From a virus (taxonomy: Duplodnaviria > Caudoviricetes): DNA of 64,000 bases. Below are positions 28,367-37,500 of the stretch, piece after piece (the stretch's first letter is position 1; every line of letters begins with the position of its first letter). The stretch is from the IMG/VR virus record IMGVR_UViG_2828341930_000001, positions 72 to 64,071 of that record, one strand, 5' to 3'. The position numbers were made by a program, and so were the translations under genes. The notes beneath the pieces are model-generated. The model was not told where the DNA came from, did not search any database, and worked only from the letters and a program-made list of their open reading frames with translations.

Positions 28367-28689
28367 GACTGGCCGTCGCCGTGTGGATGGACCCCGCCGC
28401 CTTCGACTGTGGGGAATATCCGCCGGACGGCGGCCCGGGGTGGGAAGTGGACGGCGAATTCCACCCCACCAACCCCAAGCTGACCCTGACCCCCGCCGAT
28501 TGGGACATGCTGTCCATCTGGCAGGCCTGCCGCCCCCGGCCGGGGCGCATCGGCGGCATGGCGGCGGGCATCATCCCAGCATCCACCCACCTGCCCCAGG
28601 CCGGCGGGGTGATGGATCAAGCCGCCATCATGCTGGACGCCCTGGACGCGATGGATAGGGCCTGGTGGTCGATGCAGAAAGAGGAATAA
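28363..28689 (+). CDS. gpT-like -1 frameshift extension
   Basis: -1 frame open from slippery site: KLRLAVAVWMDP...AIMLDALDAMD. Confidence 0.7.
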   Translation: MRLAVAVWMDPAAFDCGEYPPDGGPGWEVDGEFHPTNPKLTLTPADWDMLSIWQACRPRPGRIGGMAAGIIPASTHLPQAGGVMDQAAIMLDALDAMDRAWWSMQKEE

Positions 28690-28756
28690 GATATGGATCT
28701 TGTGATCAAGAATGAACGAGGGCCGGTACTTCTGGTTCTTCCGGTAGGTTCCCGTG

Positions 28757-29086
28757 TCATTCCTCCAGGCGAATTCCCAGGCTCTCCGCCACCACCGAAA
28801 TCAGCGTGCCCCCTCTGCTCCGCATTTCTTTCAGCATTAGCGCATTCGCATCAAGCGGATCTGCAAGGTTCGCTCGGGTTCGATATGCGAAATCCGCAGC
28901 CTCGGTAATTTCCTGAGCGAGATCTCGTAGAAACCGAATTTTCTCAGATGACGGCTCATGCTCAAGTGTCTTTGCGATCAAGTGCTTTATTGCGAAATGA
29001 TGGACTTGGTTCTGAGCAATGAGCCCAATGTATTCTGCATGGAAACGTGGCGCCTCAGCATCGTTGGACACTGCTTTTTCCTCCAA
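28757..29086 (-). CDS. Hypothetical moron protein
   Basis: Lower-GC ORF opposite to late genes. Confidence 0.55.
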   Translation of the reverse strand: MEEKAVSNDAEAPRFHAEYIGLIAQNQVHHFAIKHLIAKTLEHEPSSEKIRFLRDLAQEITEAADFAYRTRANLADPLDANALMLKEMRSRGGTLISVVAESLGIRLEE

Positions 29087-29094
29087 TGCTTAAA

Positions 29095-29367
29095 TTATTC
29101 TGGGTTGTTCGGATGGTTGGGGGGATAGCTCAATTCGACATCCCATTCTTCCCCGCTGTAGAACCCGGGATGGATGGGTTCACCGAACACCGTGGTCCTG
29201 TCCTCCTCCGGTATGCTGAGCCGTAAGCGATGCCTCTGGACCGTCTTGATCGCGGCCGCCAGCTCCTTGCATTCCGCCTCGGTCCCGGACCAAAGGTGCG
29301 GGCGGTGCCCATCCGGAAAGCGAACACGCACTTGAACATAGTCGTCGTTGCTCGGGTCGAAAGCCAC
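29095..29367 (-). CDS. Hypothetical moron protein
   Basis: GGGAGAG RBS; co-oriented with previous ORF. Confidence 0.55.
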   Translation of the reverse strand: MAFDPSNDDYVQVRVRFPDGHRPHLWSGTEAECKELAAAIKTVQRHRLRLSIPEEDRTTVFGEPIHPGFYSGEEWDVELSYPPNHPNNPE

Positions 29368-29652
29368 TGCACTCTCCCTGGTTAGTGTGGGGAGCTTCCC
29401 ACCACTTCAGGTGATAGCCAAGCGGGATATATCGTGAACGCCGGCACGCGGCTCCGCCGGTGGCGCCGGATGGAGGATTGAGCGATAACATGGGAGGGTA
29501 TGGCGAACGCCGTTCGCGAAAACATACGGTGATGCCGTATATCATCGGGTTGATACCACTAGACATGATATGAGGTATGCTCATATTCATGAGTGTGGGC
29601 CGCACCCCCCATTGAGCGTCGCGGCTCAGGAACGCGTGCGGATAAGAGGTAT

Positions 29653-29874
29653 ATGATGAGCTTCTTGGCGCCGAAGATATCTTTCCCCAAGAGTGGGGAA
29701 AAGAACATGAACAAGCTGAAGGCCGCCTTCAATGTCCGCAGTGATGAAGAGGTCATTCAGCGCGCGTTGGAATTGGCCCTGATCGCCGTCAACCACAAGG
29801 GGGAGAGCGATATCGTCCTGATCGCCGACGCCAACGGGACGCGCGGCGAACGGGTGAAAATGTCCGCCGACTGA
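29653..29874 (+). CDS. Ribbon-helix-helix-like small regulator
   Basis: KISFPKSGEKNMNKLKAAFNVRSDEEVIQRALELA strand-helix-helix pattern; GAGGT RBS. Confidence 0.5.
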   Translation: MMSFLAPKISFPKSGEKNMNKLKAAFNVRSDEEVIQRALELALIAVNHKGESDIVLIADANGTRGERVKMSAD

Positions 29875-29878
29875 CGGC

Positions 29879-30304
29879 ATGGACCTCTCCGATCTCTCCC
29901 CCCCGTCTACGCCAGTCACCACCCTTGGCGTCGCGCCCCCGTCGATAGCGATCCGATTGGGTCAGGACCGGGGGCTTTTCCCTAAGATCACCACCGAAGG
30001 CGTCGAGCTGTCGTTGCGCGTCGTCGCGACGCTGGTGATGCTGGGCCTTTTCACCTTGGCGAATTGGGCGGTGATCGATCTGATCAAAAGCTTGGCGGCG
30101 GTTGACCGCGAACTGCTGGACGCCGGCAAGATCCAGGCGGCGGACAGGCTTATCGACAATAAGGTCATTATAACGCTGATAGCCGGCACGGTGACCCAGG
30201 TGGCCACCTTCCTGGTCAGTATCACCCGGTATCTCTTCCCTACCCCCGATAGGCCGGCCAAGCCCAAGGCCGGACGCAGCGGGGCGGCTGCGGAAACCGC
30301 TTGA
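29879..30304 (+). CDS. Two-TM membrane protein
   Basis: VVATLVMLGLFTLANWAVI and VIITLIAGTVTQVATFLVSI. Confidence 0.65.
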   Translation: MDLSDLSPPSTPVTTLGVAPPSIAIRLGQDRGLFPKITTEGVELSLRVVATLVMLGLFTLANWAVIDLIKSLAAVDRELLDAGKIQAADRLIDNKVIITLIAGTVTQVATFLVSITRYLFPTPDRPAKPKAGRSGAAAETA

Positions 30305-30307
30305 AGG

Positions 30308-30340
30308 ATGCGCCCGGGGCCGAAAGGCCGCCGGGCGCAT
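30308..30340 (+). repeat. GAAA-tetraloop hairpin (copy C)
   Basis: ATGCGCCCGG-GGCCGAAAGGCC-G-CCGGGCGCAT. Confidence 0.7.
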
Positions 30341-30374
30341 CGCATTTGTGGGCACCCATTACGGCATGCGGACC

Positions 30375-30524
30375 ATGGCGAAGAAAACACCGAAAACCGA
30401 CGTGACGGATGAACTGATCGCCTCGCTGCAAGAGGCGGTAGGGATCATGGATGGAACGCTTGCCCCTGGCCGAGCCTATCAGGTCGAGGTGCCGGACTTG
30501 GATGTGAAGGCGGCGGGGGAATGA
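30375..30524 (+). pseudogene. Truncated HigA-like antitoxin N-terminus
   Basis: DELIASLQEAVGIMDG...VPDLDVKA then stop where the HTH would begin. Confidence 0.45.
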
Positions 30525-30558
30525 GGCGCTACCACATTTAGCGGTGCGGTATGTTAAC

Positions 30559-30650
30559 GGGGACACCCTCTTGACCCTCGGGGGCACCTTGAGGTATGTT
30601 TCAGGCAAGATTTGATGAGTGCGCCCGGGGCCGAAAGGCTGCCGGGCATT
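30559..30650 (+). promoter_or_regulatory. Late-promoter-like element plus GAAA hairpin (copy B)
   Basis: TTGACC-N18-TATGTT; aligns with 17167-17258. Confidence 0.6.
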
Positions 30651-30662
30651 TTCATGCGTGGT

Positions 30663-31064
30663 TCAATCCTTCGGCTTTTTCGGCCGACCCCAGATCGTCC
30701 GCCCCATCACGGTTTTCTCGCCGTAGGGCGGGTTGCTGGCGACCAAGTCGCCGTCCTTCATCTCAGCAGTCTCTTTCGCGAACCGCTTCGCCATCTCAAG
30801 GCCTGTGGCGCCCTCGCCCGCGAACGGGTCCAATGCCGGATGCTTCCGCAACCGCACGCCCGGTCCTTCGCCATTTTCCTGGATGAAGATGACACCGGCG
30901 GCCTCTAGGGCCGATTGCAGCACTGTGAGCGTCGCATTCCTTGGGGATGCTTTCTCGCCCTCGAATTGTCGAACGGTCACGGTTCCAACCTTGGCCCGTT
31001 GGGCCAACGTATCTTGGTTCCAGTTCAGTAGTGCGCGGGCCGCGCGGCATTGGGCAGGTGTCAT
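30663..31064 (-). CDS. XRE-family regulator
   Basis: MTPAQCRAARALLNWNQDTLA...ALEAAGVIFI..NGEGPGVRLRK. Confidence 0.9.
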   Translation of the reverse strand: MTPAQCRAARALLNWNQDTLAQRAKVGTVTVRQFEGEKASPRNATLTVLQSALEAAGVIFIQENGEGPGVRLRKHPALDPFAGEGATGLEMAKRFAKETAEMKDGDLVASNPPYGEKTVMGRTIWGRPKKPKD

Positions 31065-31176
31065 GGGCGCGACATTACACGTTTAGCCGTTTATGGTCAA
31101 AACTGTCGTTTTTCGATTGATCAAACTAAATGTGTCGCATATCGTCGTTTCTGTCGTTTTTAGACAGAGGTGCGCC

Positions 31177-31614
31177 ATGACAGCCTTATCTCGCCGCTCC
31201 ATTCTCTCCGCTGGTGCCGCCTCGCTGGCGGTGGTGTCGGCATCCGCCCCGGTCGCCGCCGGCCCAACGGCGGAAGCATCGGATGCTGACATGTGGGCCT
31301 TGCTGGCCCGCTGGCAGGCCTTGCAGCTGGCGATGGAGCATGCGCCCCGCAACGACGCGGAGGAAGCCGAATACGACCGCCGCTTCGCGGAAGCGGACAG
31401 CGTGCTGCTGACCATCTTCCGCATGCCGCCCCGCACGGCCATGGGCTGGGGCGTCAAGGCCTACCTGCTGCTGCACACCCAGTTCGGCCAGGGCCGGCAC
31501 GACGCCTTGCGCCCCGGCCTGCAATTCCTGACCGACGGCATAGAAGATCAGCTGAACCTGCTGTTGCTGGCGGACGTCGAGCGCCTGTTTGGCGACATCC
31601 CCCGCGCGGCCTGA
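31177..31614 (+). CDS. Hypothetical with twin-arginine-like N-terminus
   Basis: MTALSRRSILSAGAASLAV. Confidence 0.65.
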   Translation: MTALSRRSILSAGAASLAVVSASAPVAAGPTAEASDADMWALLARWQALQLAMEHAPRNDAEEAEYDRRFAEADSVLLTIFRMPPRTAMGWGVKAYLLLHTQFGQGRHDALRPGLQFLTDGIEDQLNLLLLADVERLFGDIPRAA

Positions 31615-31755
31615 CCCGCCGCGCCATCCCCGAGTTTCGGCCTGCAAGCCGAATGAGCGCGCCCACGGATTTCCCCGCTTCTTGGGGGCCGGTGGGTCGC
31701 GAGAGTGACCACCCGAACGCGCCGGGCTTGCAGCTCCGGCCCCCAAGGAGACCTG

Positions 31756-32043
31756 ATGATGAACGCAGCAAGTCCCATCCCCTTCGACGGCGTAAGCCTT
31801 CATATCCCGCTGCATGGCGGTGAGGTTTGGTCCGTGCAAGGCCGTGACCTTCTAAACGTCGCAGCGGTTCACACTGCCCACGCCGTTTTCGGCGAAGCTG
31901 GCGCCACTAGCCTGTGGGGCGATCTCGGCCTGCGCATTCTGCCCGACGAAGAATTGCGCCATCTGCTCGGTATGCTGAACCGGGACGTTCCTGATGATAC
32001 CTGGGACGATATCCTCGGCTCGTCTTCGGAAACGGAGGACTGA
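31756..32043 (+). CDS. Hypothetical protein
   Basis: AGGAG RBS. Confidence 0.55.
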   Translation: MMNAASPIPFDGVSLHIPLHGGEVWSVQGRDLLNVAAVHTAHAVFGEAGATSLWGDLGLRILPDEELRHLLGMLNRDVPDDTWDDILGSSSETED

Positions 32044-32044
32044 G

Positions 32045-32851
32045 ATGACCACGATGCTGACGGCTGTCCCGTTCCGGGATGACACACTCTTGGCCACCCG
32101 CACAGACAGTGGCGATGTGCTGGTGGCGGTCAAGCCGGTATGCGTTGCGTTGGGTTTGGATTGGAAGTCCCAGCAACTTCGGCTCCGTCGCGATGCGGTG
32201 CTGTCGGAAGGTAGGGTCATCATGACCCTACCTTCCGCCGGCGGCCTACAAGAGGCAATTTGCCTCCCCCTTCGCCTGATGAATGGTTGGCTTTTTGGCA
32301 TTGATGAAAACCGAGTTCGTCCAGAAATCCGCGACAAGGTCATTGCCTACAAGCGCGAATGCTATGACGTGCTGTGGCAGCACTTCCAACCGCCGGTTCC
32401 CACGTCGGTTCCAACAACTCAGCCTCTGTCGGATGCTTCAGGGGGTGACGAAATCCTGGAACTGACGGATGAACTGTCCGGCCTGCCCTACCAGGCCATG
32501 CGTGCCTGGATGGACATGATCCGCCTCGCGGGGCGGCTAAAGGGCCGGAACGCCGCCCTGGCGATGTGGGAACGGTCGCCGCTTCCCCAACTCCCCGGCG
32601 CGACCGTGACGCCCTCCGCCGTCGAGGTTGAGGACAGCCATACCGCCCATTTCGCGGCAGAAATGCTGACGACAGCGGAAGGCCAGTCCGTGCCCTTCGC
32701 CGCCGTCTATCAGGCCTATGAGCGTTGGTGCCGCCAGCAGCGTGAGATTGCCGCCAGCCGCATGGCGTTCAGCCGCCAAATGCGCGCCCTGGGCTTCGTC
32801 GCCACGCTCCGGCCGGCACCCATCCGGTTCCTGAACGTCGCCTTGGTTTGA
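32045..32851 (+). CDS. Phage antirepressor (P22 Ant N-terminal-like) with C-terminal winged helix
   Basis: VAVKPVCVALGLDWKSQ...CLPLRLMNGWLFGI...IAYKRECYDVLWQHF. Confidence 0.85.
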   Translation: MTTMLTAVPFRDDTLLATRTDSGDVLVAVKPVCVALGLDWKSQQLRLRRDAVLSEGRVIMTLPSAGGLQEAICLPLRLMNGWLFGIDENRVRPEIRDKVIAYKRECYDVLWQHFQPPVPTSVPTTQPLSDASGGDEILELTDELSGLPYQAMRAWMDMIRLAGRLKGRNAALAMWERSPLPQLPGATVTPSAVEVEDSHTAHFAAEMLTTAEGQSVPFAAVYQAYERWCRQQREIAASRMAFSRQMRALGFVATLRPAPIRFLNVALV

Positions 32852-32875
32852 CTTGGTGATATCCTCACGTTTTTG

Positions 32876-33334
32876 CTATTGGTTAAACTGATGCTGGCAA
32901 AAGCGGCAAATCCTAGCTTCATTTAGAATGGCCTCAGCACACCGAGGACATTTTTTGTAATTCGCGCGGATAGCGGTTGCTTGGGACGCCCCCGCCAAGG
33001 CCCAGAATAGAGAAATGATCCATCCCAGCAGGGTCCATCCAAGGAACAAGTTGAGGAACAACACAGCCGATCTGTTTCCGGCCCGTGAATGGAAAGCGAT
33101 TATGCTGGGGATAAAATAGATAAATCCCACCAGTAGCAGGACGACTACAAGTGTAAATGTCACGCTGCCTCCCTGAATGATAGTCGATGAAACCATTTGG
33201 CTCGGTCCGGCATGTGGATTAATCATGACCAGTGCGGCGTAGGCGGCAATTCCCACTGTCGCAATGGCAACGAGTATAAGCGCCAGACTGTTTGTGACGC
33301 CAATCAGCATCTTTGAGATTATACGGCTCACCAC
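32876..33334 (-). CDS. Superinfection immunity (T4 Imm-like) membrane protein with zinc ribbon
   Basis: YFIPSIIAF...LNLFLGWTLLGW...WA; CPRC...CRFC. Confidence 0.85.
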   Translation of the reverse strand: MVSRIISKMLIGVTNSLALILVAIATVGIAAYAALVMINPHAGPSQMVSSTIIQGGSVTFTLVVVLLLVGFIYFIPSIIAFHSRAGNRSAVLFLNLFLGWTLLGWIISLFWALAGASQATAIRANYKKCPRCAEAILNEARICRFCQHQFNQ

Positions 33335-33433
33335 AATGTACCCTTCAGGATGTAGTCCTCAAGCCTGGGATCGCATTCATAGCCAATAGAGTTGACCTTG
33401 CGGCGACCCATTTTGTTGCAGAAGTGAAGCTTC

Positions 33434-33757
33434 TCAGGTTTGTGGGATTTCGCTAGGCTTCTGTTCCTTCCATCCGCGCTTCAGATAGGCCTTCGGGATT
33501 TCGTCGCCAAAGCAGTAGGGCGTTATTGCCCACCAAAAAACGAACGTGGCAGCGCCTCCGCCGATTTTATCTGTCGCGCCTATAATATAGAGCGATAGGA
33601 GAGCTACTCCGGCTGTTGTCGCAGCGGCCAAAAGGCCGGCTCCCCAAGCTCTTTTGTAACAAAGATACATCGCTCCAAAGAGAAGTATTAGGACAGCGTC
33701 TTTCTTATCGACCGTCTCGGTATAGCCATTTCCGGATGGATGTTCGAACGTCCGCAT
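33434..33757 (-). CDS. Small membrane moron protein
   Basis: Hydrophobic segments; lower GC. Confidence 0.6.
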   Translation of the reverse strand: MRTFEHPSGNGYTETVDKKDAVLILLFGAMYLCYKRAWGAGLLAAATTAGVALLSLYIIGATDKIGGGAATFVFWWAITPYCFGDEIPKAYLKRGWKEQKPSEIPQT

Positions 33758-33817
33758 ATCGCTCCCCTATCGCAGCAGTCGATGCAACTTAGCAATTTGT
33801 GCGTGCAAAGAGTCAAC

Positions 33818-33845
33818 AGGGCTGCCGTTCGGGCGGCCCTTTTTG
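33818..33845 (+). terminator. Intrinsic terminator just upstream of tape-measure block
   Basis: AGGGCTGCC-GTTCG-GGCGGCCCT-TTTT. Confidence 0.65.
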
Positions 33846-33865
33846 TTGCAAAAATGGAGGGCCGC

Positions 33866-34516
33866 ATGGGTATCCAATGGGTGGACAAGACCTTCGAACA
33901 GGCCATGGATGACCTGGTGAAGGACATGGGCGCGGGTGTGCGAACGGCCGTTCGCAGCGCCGCCACCAGCCTGCATGACGAGTTGCGGCGGCAGGTGGAC
34001 GCGGCGGGCCTGGGCGATGGGTTGGCGGCGGCATGGCAGGTATACCTCTATGGCGTCCATACAAGCCTGAACCCCGCCGCGTTGATCTATTCCAAAGCGA
34101 CGCTGCTGCACGATGCCTTCAATACCTCTGTCACCATCACGGCACGAAACGCGCGGTGGTTGGTGATCCCGCTGCCCGCCGCCACGGCCCTGGGCTTCCA
34201 ACTACGGCCCCAGGGTAGGCGCGGGCGCCAACTGTCACCGCCGCTACCTGCGAAGTGGTCCAACGTGGATGCCGCGCAAGCCAAATGGGGCGCGTTGGAA
34301 TTCAGGCCGTTGCACGGTGGCAATAAGGCGCTGCTTGTGGCGCCAGCTTCCCAAGCCGGTGGCCGCTCCCCGGGTAGCGCGGCCCGCAAGGGTGTTCCCG
34401 TCTTCCTCCTGTTGCGCAATGTGAAGTTGGGAAAGCGCCTGGATGTTGAAGGCGCGCTCGCCCATGCGCGGGAGCAGCTTTATAGCGCCGTCATGGCGTC
34501 CCTGCCGAGCGCCTGA
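33866..34516 (+). CDS. Minor tail/virion morphogenesis protein (DUF6441-like)
   Basis: ELRRQVDAAGLG..LAAAWQ...ITARNARWLVIP. Confidence 0.65.
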   Translation: MGIQWVDKTFEQAMDDLVKDMGAGVRTAVRSAATSLHDELRRQVDAAGLGDGLAAAWQVYLYGVHTSLNPAALIYSKATLLHDAFNTSVTITARNARWLVIPLPAATALGFQLRPQGRRGRQLSPPLPAKWSNVDAAQAKWGALEFRPLHGGNKALLVAPASQAGGRSPGSAARKGVPVFLLLRNVKLGKRLDVEGALAHAREQLYSAVMASLPSA

Positions 34517-34518
34517 TC

Positions 34519-37500
34519 ATGGCGGACCGTACCCTCGCCATCCGGCTGTCACTTGATGGCATGACCGATTTCCGCGACCAGATGAAAGCTGCTGGACTGG
34601 AGGGGACTAGCGCCTTCAACACGATCAATGCGGCAATCGACGGTACTGGCCGAGGTGTCGAGCGCCTTGTGGTCCGGCTGGACCCGACAATTCGCGCCAC
34701 AACAAGCCTATCGGATGCCGCCGGCAAGCTGGCGTCGGCGCAGGCCTATCTGTCCACGGAAATGGCCAAGGGGGGCGACGCGGCCGAACGGACGGCCGCC
34801 AGCCTGAAGGTGGTGCAGTCCGCATCCGCCCAGGTCGCGGAAATTCAGGCCGCGTTGGCGGCCAAGACGATTTCCGCGACCGAGGCGACGCAGCAGCTGC
34901 GCCAAGTCATGAGTGGCACGGCGAATGACAGCGCGAAGGCGGCTGCGTCATTCAATGCCCTGAAGGCTAGCCTGGACCCCGCCTACGCCGCGACGCAAAA
35001 GCTGACGGAGGGCAGGAAGACACTGGATGCGGCCTTGGCGTCCGGCCTGACCACCGAAGCCGAGCATGCCGCCCTGTTGCAGAAGATGGGGGACGGCGCG
35101 CGGTTCGGCGCGACGCAGACGGCCATCCTGCAATCCGGCGTCATCAATACCTTTCAGTCCATCGCCTCCGGCCTGCCGGTGGGGCAGACGCTGCTGACGC
35201 AAACGGTGCAGACGGCCCCCGCCCTGGCGGGGATGGGCGTGGCGGCCCTGGCGGCGGCCGCGCCGTTCATCGTGTTGGGGGCCGCCGTGGCCGCGATGGT
35301 GGTCGCCCACGTCCAGGCCAATGCGGAGCTTAAGGAAACCAATCGCGTCCTGGCCCTGGCGGGCGGTGCCGCCGGGGTGACGTCGTCGCAGTTCTATGAA
35401 CTGGCGGATCAGGCCGCGCAGTCTGGTCAAATCACGCGGGCGTCCGCCCTGGCCTTGCAGCAGACCTATGCGGCGACCGGCAAGATCGGCGGCGACATGC
35501 TGTCCAAACTGGCGGCGGAAACCAAGGCCTGGGCAACCCTGACGGCGCAGTCGACGGAGGATGCGTCCAAGCAACTGGCGGGATATTTCAGCGACCCCAG
35601 CTCTGCCGCGACACAGTTGGCGAAGTCCTTGAACCTGTTGAGCCTGCAACAGGTTCAGACCATCCAAAGCATGGACAGGACGGGCAACAGCGCGGGGGCG
35701 CAGGCGGCCCTGTTCGCGGCCATCAAGGACAGGGCGGACCAGGCCAAGGAAAGCCTGGGCTACTTCGGCCAGGCCCTGAACAACATCGCCGACAATTGGG
35801 AGCGGATTAAGCATTGGGGTGCGCCGGACGCCCTGCCCCCTGTGCAGCGCCTGGCCGACGTGACGGCGCAGTATGACGCGGTGCTGAAAGAGCTGCGCGA
35901 AGACCAGGCCAAGGCCGCGACCGACGACGACTATGTCGGCGCCGTGGTGGCGGATCAGCAGAAACTGGCGGCCCTGGTGCGCCAAGCCGAAGACTTGCGC
36001 CGCAGCATCGCCAGCCAGACGCGGCAGGCGTCTGCCGGTGCCGACCAAACGGCGGCGAATGACCTGGGTGCCAAGGTCATGCCCATCGTCAACGCGCTGC
36101 CCGATGCGCAAATCAAGGGGCTGAATGCCGACATCCTGGCCCTGTCGCGGGCCTTCCTGACGATTGATCCCGCGACGGGCAAGAGCGTCATCTCCGCCAC
36201 CCAATATGCGCAAGCCGTGCAAGCGGCTCGGGCTCAAATTGAAGGCTTGCAGCAGCCCTATCAGAAGTGGCTGGACCAGCAGCGTATCGAACAGCAGGTA
36301 CTGGCGGCGGACCCGGCCTTGCGGGACCAGTTGCGCGCCCGGTTGCAGGCGGAATATGCGGCCCGGACGGTCAATGCCTCCGCCATCGAAAAGGGTGCGA
36401 TGGCCGCGGGCGCGGAGGCGTCTGTGGTCCGCGCCCGCGATGACGCCTATCTGCGAAGCGCGGCGGCGGCCAGTGCGTCCACCGCCGCCACCCTGACCGT
36501 GGCGGATGCCTACGGCGTGTCCGCCGAAGCGGGGTTGCGGGCCGCCGAAGCGGCCAAGGTGCAGGACCAGGCGCGAACCGATCTGACGGTGCGAACCCAT
36601 CAGCAAGAGGTGGTGGAGCGGAACCTGGCGGCGGCCTCCGCCGCGTCCTACGCCGCGCTGGCGCAGCAGGTGCAGCAGCTGGACGTGGCGACGCAACAGC
36701 AAGACGCCCTGGCGGCGGCTTCGGCGAAGGGCGCCCAGGCCCTGGCGGACCAGACCATCGCCAACCAAGCGGCGGTGATGGTGCAAAAGGCCATCAACGA
36801 CGCCAAGGCGGCAGGCATCACCCTGACGCAGCAGGAAATCGAGGTGAAGCGCCAGGAAATCGAGGTGGACCTTAAGCGGCAGGCCTTGGATCAGCAGCGT
36901 ATCGCCGCCGACAACGAATTGCGCTCCGCCAACGACAACATCACCTACCTGCAAGCCGAAATCGACACGCTGGGCATGGATAGCCAAGCCCGCGCCGTCC
37001 TGCTGGCTCAGATGAAGGCTGAGCAGCAGCTGCGAGCGAACAATCTGGCGCTCTATTCGTCGGAGGACGCGGCCGATAAGGAAAAGGTGCGCAGCCTCAT
37101 CGACGCCGCCGGCAAGACGGCGGCCCTGACGGCGGAAAACGAGCGGCTTACCGCTGCCTATCAGACGTTCAGCGACTTGGGGACCAGCACGTTTGACGCG
37201 ATGATCCAAAAGGTGGTGTCCGCTTCCGATGCCACGGCCACATGGAAGGACATGTTCCGAGGCCTGGTGGCGGAGATCGAAACGGCGGGCATCAAGCTGG
37301 CCGTGTTGAACCCGCTGAAGAACTGGCTGTCGGGTGACAACAAACTGCCCACTCTCAGTGACCTGACCAAGGTTGCCGGGAATGCGCAGGGTGCAGCCGG
37401 AAGCGGTTCGTCCAGCGGCGCGGCGAACGATAACCCGCTGGCCATCAACACCGGAACCGGCCTGTTGAAATACCTGGACATCGGCGGTTCGTCCAGCGGT

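Noticed and set aside
30610-30650. Hammerhead ribozyme-like TTGATGAG...GGCCGAAAGGC
   Set aside because: The core needs CUGAUGA and a GAAA after stem II plus stems I and III; these are absent and the other two copies lack the UGAUGA.
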